The notes beneath the pieces were generated by a model. It searched no databases and was not told where the DNA came from. It saw nothing but the letters and a program-made list of their open reading frames with translations. The translations under genes and the position numbers were made by a program. Positions 58,547 through 64,000 of a stretch of DNA of 64,000 nt are shown piece after piece (position 1 is the first letter of the stretch; each line of letters begins with the position of its first letter). Origin of the DNA: Candidatus Latescibacterota bacterium (lineage in GTDB: Bacteria; Latescibacterota; UBA2968); assembly GCA_965116885.1 (NCBI GenBank), contig OZ220741.1:3648001-3712000 (forward strand), in the 5' to 3' direction.

Positions 58547-59545
58547 CTACCGCACATCTACGATATTGCGAAATGCCCGAATGTGCTCGGGCGTTGTTCC
58601 GCAACATCCGCCTATCAAGAATCCACCGGCGTCCAACAAGTCTTCGACGTGTTGGGCCATGTCTTCTGGTCCTTGCGAATACGACGCCTGTTTGGTGACT
58701 TTGTCCAGGGTGGGTAAGCCCGCATTGGGATAGGCCATCAAACGCTTGTTTTCAATGCCGCGATCCACAAGCGCTTTTTGCATCTGCACTGTGCCCTCAA
58801 TTGCATAGGGCATGCCCGTGTGATCTGTATTGCGCGTTTCTGCGCCGCAGTTCAGTCCCAGGAGTTGCACGTCGCCGAGTAGATTATCGCCGTTTGAAAA
58901 TTCGCCACTTGCCAAAATGTCCAGTAGGTCGCTGGGTGAAACCCCCCAGTCAGTGCGGTAAATCAATTCACCCGTTTTGCGATCCACTGTGAATTTATAC
59001 GTCATATTCACGGCGATGGGTAAGCCCGTCTGTCGTGCAATGTCAACGGCGATTGCCGCTTCTTTTGCGGAAAACTGCGTTTCTATGACAAAAAAATCGA
59101 CGCCGCCTTTGACCATGGCAGAGATCACGCGCTCGTGGGCCGATCGCACATCTGCATTGGGAATGCCAAAAACCGTGTCGCCGGCATCGGCTTCGATAGC
59201 ACCGGGGGAGGGACCGATAGAACCGCCCACATAAACATCCTTCCCGCTTTCTTCAACGGCTTGCCGCGCGTGTTGGACGGCTAATTCTGTCAAGCGCTCG
59301 GCATCATCTTCATCGGCGTCGGCCATCTCGAGATGCAGGGGGGATACCACAAATGTGTTCGTGCCGATGGCATTTGCACCCGCATCGATATACGCGCGAT
59401 GTACTGCCACCACCTCGGCGGGATGCGATAGATTGGCGATGGAACTGTTTGCCAGATTCACCCCATGTTCAAATAATTGAGACCCAAACCCACCGTCATA
59501 CACCATTGGCTGATCATCTACGAGGCGTTCTGCAAAAGATTTCAT
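58547..59545 (-). CDS. homocysteine S-methyltransferase domain protein (stand-alone)
   Basis: DGGFGS, HRAYIDAGA, TNTF, GLNCG, YPNAGLP, IGGCCGTTPEHI (Zn ligands). Confidence 0.9.
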   Translation of the reverse strand: MKSFAERLVDDQPMVYDGGFGSQLFEHGVNLANSSIANLSHPAEVVAVHRAYIDAGANAIGTNTFVVSPLHLEMADADEDDAERLTELAVQHARQAVEESGKDVYVGGSIGPSPGAIEADAGDTVFGIPNADVRSAHERVISAMVKGGVDFFVIETQFSAKEAAIAVDIARQTGLPIAVNMTYKFTVDRKTGELIYRTDWGVSPSDLLDILASGEFSNGDNLLGDVQLLGLNCGAETRNTDHTGMPYAIEGTVQMQKALVDRGIENKRLMAYPNAGLPTLDKVTKQASYSQGPEDMAQHVEDLLDAGGFLIGGCCGTTPEHIRAFRNIVDVR

Positions 59546-61470
59546 ACCGTCATCCTCTTAAACTGACATCCTTCGACAAATACGTCAAAAAAATCTGGCT
59601 TTGTCTCCAGTTCTACATGTTCAATCCGTTTCACAAGGCGTTCTAACCCGTCGCGTCGTTTCCGCGAGAGCAATACTTCTCTCGCGCCCAATATCGCGGC
59701 ATTTCCCACCTTTTCAATGCGCTCTTGTGGCACGGGTGCGAGAAAACCGATGTCAATCGCATTTTGCACATTCACGTAATTGGCAAAACCACCGGATAGA
59801 TAAAGCCGATGGATCTGATCGGGGGCAATGCCAAATTCGCGCATGACGAGTAACTGCCCACAATAATTCGCGGCCTTGGCCTGAGCCAGATTGCTCGCGT
59901 CTTCACGCGACAGCGCAATGCCGTGTTCGGGCACCACGATCATTTCATATTGCTTGCGGTCGGCAAATACGCCCTTTTCTGTCATCAAATCATGCCGCCG
60001 AAGCTCGGCCAACAAGTCAATAAGACCAGAGCCGCACAATCCCTGGGGTGCGCCGCCGCCAATTACGCGGTAATTGAACTGCCCATTTTCCCACGCCATC
60101 GATTCAATTGCCCCATCTTGACCGGGCATGCCACAGGCGATACCGCCGCCTTCAAATGCCGGTCCCGCCGGACAGGATGCCGCCACCAACCTGTCTCGAT
60201 TGCCCACCACGACTTCGGTATTGGTGCCCACATCGACGAGCATGAATATCTCGTCTTGATCACCCATTTCTACGGCGAGCATATCCGCTGCGACATCGCC
60301 GCCCACATGGCTCGCAATAAGGGGCATGCCATATACCCGCGCTTTGGGATTTGCGCGAATGCCCAACCGCCTGCTGCTCTCATAGAGGGCGGTTGTTTTT
60401 CGCTCTCCGGTCAGATATTCGTGTTCTATTTGAGATTTATAGGGTTTTTGCCCGATACTCTGCACATCGAGCCTGAAAAACATATCCCGCATGGTGGCAT
60501 TGCCAGCGACGACAATTTCGTAAATTTCTTGTCGCTCAAAATCCAATTTTTCACATAGCACGAGAATTTCGTGGTTGATCGCATTTACCAGTGCTTTCCA
60601 CAGCTCATTTGGATATTCGCCATCATAGGAAATGCGATACATGATGTCGCTGCCGCCAAAGCGCTGGGGATTTTCATAAGATGTAATCGCAATACTCTCG
60701 CCAGATTCCAGATCTATGAGATCCATCACAACTGTCGTGGTGCCCACATCAATTGCCAGTCCGTAGATGTGGCCACGGAACCGATCGATGTCTTCTCCGT
60801 CGTAAAATATTCGGTCCCCCTTGCGCGTTACCACGGGATCGAGGTCGATTTCTTTTTGCTGGCTCAAGGTCAAAATTTGAGGCGCGCGGCGCAGGGGCGC
60901 AAACTCAACTTCCGCATCCAGATCTACGACTTCGGCCTGACAGGCCAATCGGTAATTGTCTTTTAAGAAGGTTTCAGCCTCTGTTTTGGGACACAGGGCG
61001 TCTTCGCCTTTTGTGATCTCTACCACGCATTCATGGCATATTCCCGACCGGAAACACGACGTTGGAACCTGAACGGCCAGGTCGTCGGCATAATCAAATA
61101 TCGTTTTCCGCGCTTCGAGTTGCTGCACCTTGCCCATGTGTGTAATTGTGCCCGTTCCCTTTTTTCGACGACGGTTTTTTTGTTTTTTGAGTGTGGTCTT
61201 CATCTCACGATAGGCATCTGGCTCTGTTTCCCAGGCGGTGCGATAGTCGAGGTTATCGTTGCTGGCACATTGAAAAAGCGCCCGATTGGGCGCTGGTTTA
61301 CGCTGGAATTTACATCCGAATTTGGCTGTGCATTCGTTGTCCTTGTTTTTGTAGGGACAGCGCATCTGCGCCTGTTCGTCGGCATGCTGGACAATATCTG
61401 AAAAAATTTCAGACATGCGATCCAGCCGCTTTTGATAGGCTTCTCGATCTATTTTTTCACGCTCACTCAT
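59542..61470 (-). CDS. ASKHA-domain [2Fe-2S] corrinoid reductive activator (RACo/DUF4445-like)
   Basis: SCFRSGICHEC...RLACQ ferredoxin domain; DVGTT, DVGTN, AGPAFEG, GLCGSG. Confidence 0.88.
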   Translation of the reverse strand: MSEREKIDREAYQKRLDRMSEIFSDIVQHADEQAQMRCPYKNKDNECTAKFGCKFQRKPAPNRALFQCASNDNLDYRTAWETEPDAYREMKTTLKKQKNRRRKKGTGTITHMGKVQQLEARKTIFDYADDLAVQVPTSCFRSGICHECVVEITKGEDALCPKTEAETFLKDNYRLACQAEVVDLDAEVEFAPLRRAPQILTLSQQKEIDLDPVVTRKGDRIFYDGEDIDRFRGHIYGLAIDVGTTTVVMDLIDLESGESIAITSYENPQRFGGSDIMYRISYDGEYPNELWKALVNAINHEILVLCEKLDFERQEIYEIVVAGNATMRDMFFRLDVQSIGQKPYKSQIEHEYLTGERKTTALYESSRRLGIRANPKARVYGMPLIASHVGGDVAADMLAVEMGDQDEIFMLVDVGTNTEVVVGNRDRLVAASCPAGPAFEGGGIACGMPGQDGAIESMAWENGQFNYRVIGGGAPQGLCGSGLIDLLAELRRHDLMTEKGVFADRKQYEMIVVPEHGIALSREDASNLAQAKAANYCGQLLVMREFGIAPDQIHRLYLSGGFANYVNVQNAIDIGFLAPVPQERIEKVGNAAILGAREVLLSRKRRDGLERLVKRIEHVELETKPDFFDVFVEGCQFKRMTV

Positions 61471-62224
61471 TCTCCTCCTCCCACTCCTTCAACAATTGTA
61501 CAGCCAGTTCCACGCAGTCCAGGGCGTTTTCGCCGTATCCATCCGCACCCATGTCGTCGGCAAATTCCTGTGTCACGGGGGCACCGCCTACCATGATTTT
61601 TACGTCGTCTCGCAAATCTTCGTCGATAAATGCCTCAATTGTCTTGCCCATATTCGGCATTGTCGTGGTCAACAGTGCCGACATGCCGAGCAAATTGGCT
61701 TCGTGTTCTTCGACGGCATCCATAAATTCGTCTTCGGATGTATCTACGCCGAGGTCGTGGACGACAAACCCGGCGCCGCGCAACATCATGATACACAAAT
61801 TTTTGCCAATATCGTGCAAGTCGCCTTTCACCGTACCCATAATGACCGTGCCTACCGGCTCGACGCCCGAGGCTGACAGGATGGGTTCAATATGCGCCAT
61901 CCCCGCTTTCATTGCCCGAGCACACGCGAGGACTTCGGGTACAAAAATAAAATTCTCTCGAAATTTAATCCCCACAATGCCCATGCCGGCGATCAATCCA
62001 TCGTCCATAATTTCCAGCGCGCCCACGCCTGCATTTAGGGCTTCACGCGTCAATTGATCGACATCGTGATGCGCGCCGTCGATCAATGCGGCGGCTATCG
62101 CCTGCATTTCGGGACTCGCGTTTGCGAACAGGTCGATATTCCGCTGAATTTCATCGGGACGTTCTAAAAATTCTTCTATTTCCTCTATGATAAATTCATT
62201 TTGAATATCGGATAATTCAGCCAT
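61463..62224 (-). CDS. cobalamin-binding (corrinoid) protein
   Basis: GDLHDIGKN (DxHxxG), SALLTTT, VGGAP. Confidence 0.92.
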   Translation of the reverse strand: MAELSDIQNEFIIEEIEEFLERPDEIQRNIDLFANASPEMQAIAAALIDGAHHDVDQLTREALNAGVGALEIMDDGLIAGMGIVGIKFRENFIFVPEVLACARAMKAGMAHIEPILSASGVEPVGTVIMGTVKGDLHDIGKNLCIMMLRGAGFVVHDLGVDTSEDEFMDAVEEHEANLLGMSALLTTTMPNMGKTIEAFIDEDLRDDVKIMVGGAPVTQEFADDMGADGYGENALDCVELAVQLLKEWEEENE

Positions 62225-63269
62225 GAATGCTCACTGCCTCCGCATGCCAATCCACGACTGCTTTTGGGATTTCTTTCAGGTTTTCGATTGATGTTTGCAA
62301 GGGAATCGCACATTCAGGCCCCACCAGATGTACTCCTGCATTCAGGTTTTTATACACTTCTTCTTTTACGGTTTCCGGCTCTTTTGAAAATAGCGTTTCC
62401 GGATTGTTGATATTGCCGACCAGCGAGATTCGCTCTTTCATGATATCAATAGATTCATTTGGATCGTTTTTGGAGTCGTAGTGAAATGCCGCCATGCCCG
62501 TTTGCGCGATGTATTCCATACGATCAACGGTGCGCCCGCAAATATGCAAAATTAGCGGAATGGGTATGCGGTCGGCAAACTCGATGTGCAATTCGCGCAA
62601 ATACCGGTCGTAATAATCGCCGCTGACCAGATCTCCCGTTGCGTGATCGGGCAGGGTCAAGGCGTCGGCGCCTGCTTCAATTTGCGCGACACCGAATTCG
62701 ACGGTTACTTCTTTTAATTTGTCCAGAATTTGCCGCGTGTGATCCGGGTCGTCTAATGATAGGAGCAGAAAATCCTCTACGCCAAAGCAGTGATATGCCA
62801 GGGACCAGGGTCCCATTGTTTTGCCGATAATCGCCACTTCATCTCCGTATTCTTTTCGCAATATGCCAATCGCGTCCAGCACGCATTTTGTATCGGGATG
62901 GGTCAATAAGTTTGACGGGATCTCGATATCATCGACCTTGTGCCAGATCGGTTCTTTCATTTTTACTGTGGGCCAGTTGTCTTTTTGCTCCCATTGAATT
63001 TTGCACCCGAGTGCGGACGATTCTTGAATAATTGTAAATACGGGCATGATCGTGTCAAAACCGAGTTCGGTATAACCCGTTGCCGCCAGACGCGCCATGA
63101 GTTCTGGCTCTCGATTCGCCTGCGGAAATGGCGCATCGACGAGATCCATCAATTCTACGGTTGCAACCGAAGTCGGGTTACAGGTCGGTGTGCGATCCAC
63201 AGGTGCCCGATTGAGTGCGGCCAATACGCGGTCGCGCGGTTTCATTGGTTTTATTGTCTGGTTGTGCAT
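62217..63269 (-). CDS. MtaA/CmuA-family methyltransferase (URO-D fold)
   Basis: PRDRVLAAL, GPWSLA, LHICG and GPECA Zn ligands. Confidence 0.85.
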   Translation of the reverse strand: MHNQTIKPMKPRDRVLAALNRAPVDRTPTCNPTSVATVELMDLVDAPFPQANREPELMARLAATGYTELGFDTIMPVFTIIQESSALGCKIQWEQKDNWPTVKMKEPIWHKVDDIEIPSNLLTHPDTKCVLDAIGILRKEYGDEVAIIGKTMGPWSLAYHCFGVEDFLLLSLDDPDHTRQILDKLKEVTVEFGVAQIEAGADALTLPDHATGDLVSGDYYDRYLRELHIEFADRIPIPLILHICGRTVDRMEYIAQTGMAAFHYDSKNDPNESIDIMKERISLVGNINNPETLFSKEPETVKEEVYKNLNAGVHLVGPECAIPLQTSIENLKEIPKAVVDWHAEAVSIHG

Positions 63270-63285
63270 ATTGGGACTCCTGTTC

Positions 63286-63915
63286 CTAATTTTGCGCGCT
63301 CGGGGCTGCGAGCACGCCCCGGCTGGCGGCCTGTTCCAATTCTCGCATGACGGATCGCACATTGGGGGCGCGTACGAGGAGAACGCCTATGAGGGGATCG
63401 TGTGTCATGCCGCAATCAAAGCGCACCTGGTCTTCTTCCACTTGTTCCAATTCGCCCAGTTTTGCAAGCCCACCGGCCACCAATCGAATACGCCGGTCTG
63501 CGTCTTTTTCATCTCTGTCAGCCGTGATTTTGTACGCGCCATTAGATTGGGGCGTTGCCGAAATGTGCAATCCCGATTTTTTGTCCAGGATGGTCAACGG
63601 ACGCATAGATACGTCGTCATCCATGCCGAGTTTGCACGCTTCCAGGAATAGCCGCTTCACAGAGAGCAGGTGTGTGGCGCCACACGGAAAGCGCAGCAAT
63701 CCCTCACCTGTGTCTTCCATCCCTCCCAGGACCCGCATCGCATGGTTCACGGAGTCAATACGCACTTGCGCCCCGTCTATCTGGCTATATGTGTGAACGC
63801 GAAAAGTCGTGCCCTGTGCGTTTTCTTGACGGTATAGCCCTATTGTGATGTCGTGAAAATGGACATCCATTGGCACCAATTCTATTCGCCGACCGATATC
63901 TAATATCTGTCCCAT
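63286..63915 (-). CDS. hypothetical protein
   Basis: 209-aa ORF with GAGGAAGGA RBS, at the head of the corrinoid cluster within this window. Confidence 0.7.
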   Translation of the reverse strand: MGQILDIGRRIELVPMDVHFHDITIGLYRQENAQGTTFRVHTYSQIDGAQVRIDSVNHAMRVLGGMEDTGEGLLRFPCGATHLLSVKRLFLEACKLGMDDDVSMRPLTILDKKSGLHISATPQSNGAYKITADRDEKDADRRIRLVAGGLAKLGELEQVEEDQVRFDCGMTHDPLIGVLLVRAPNVRSVMRELEQAASRGVLAAPSAQN

Positions 63916-64000
63916 GAGAATCCTTCCTCTTACCTTTTAAGCACATATCGACACACTGCTTTGGCAAAGCCATCGTTTTCAATGTGGTCGGTTTGTAGAA

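Overview
Bacterial chromosomal segment, mostly housekeeping genes (ispH, rplM-rpsI-rpsB-tsf-frr, aroC, mutY, bioB-mnmG-smpB-rph-rdgB, efp-accB-accC-gcvH, trpS-scpA-scpB-rluB-cmk-plsC-rpsA, mtaB, mutS) with several accessory patches. (1) 1-7.5 kb is a co-oriented minus-strand array of unrelated genes (APH-like kinase, FAD oxidoreductase, Zn-finger protein, methyltransferase, histidine phosphatase, transglutaminase-like protein, TIR protein, DUF2442) separated by intact and decayed attC-like palindromes. It looks like an integron cassette array with no integrase in the window. (2) 13.1-14.7 kb holds an XRE regulator divergent from a six-repeat YWTD propeller gene. It is followed by a stand-alone ~250-nt unit with a promoter, a 15-nt complement to the 16S rRNA 3' end, an 11-codon ORF, alternative stems and a terminator. 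(3) 51.5-53.7 kb is a cluster of intact and broken toxin-antitoxin genes, one module bracketed by a ~147-bp duplication of the phyH 3' end. The same 'gene - cargo - copy of gene 3' end' layout appears at 0.9-3.6 kb. (4) 56.6-63.9 kb is a corrinoid methyl-transfer cluster (MtaA/CmuA-like methyltransferase, corrinoid protein, ASKHA activator, stand-alone homocysteine methyltransferase domain), followed by ADP-ribosylglycohydrolase and NanA/DapA-like genes. The YWTD protein, PhyH and many TA modules suggest a marine invertebrate (e.g. sponge) symbiont, but this is inference only. All family assignments come from motif recognition by eye; no searches were run.
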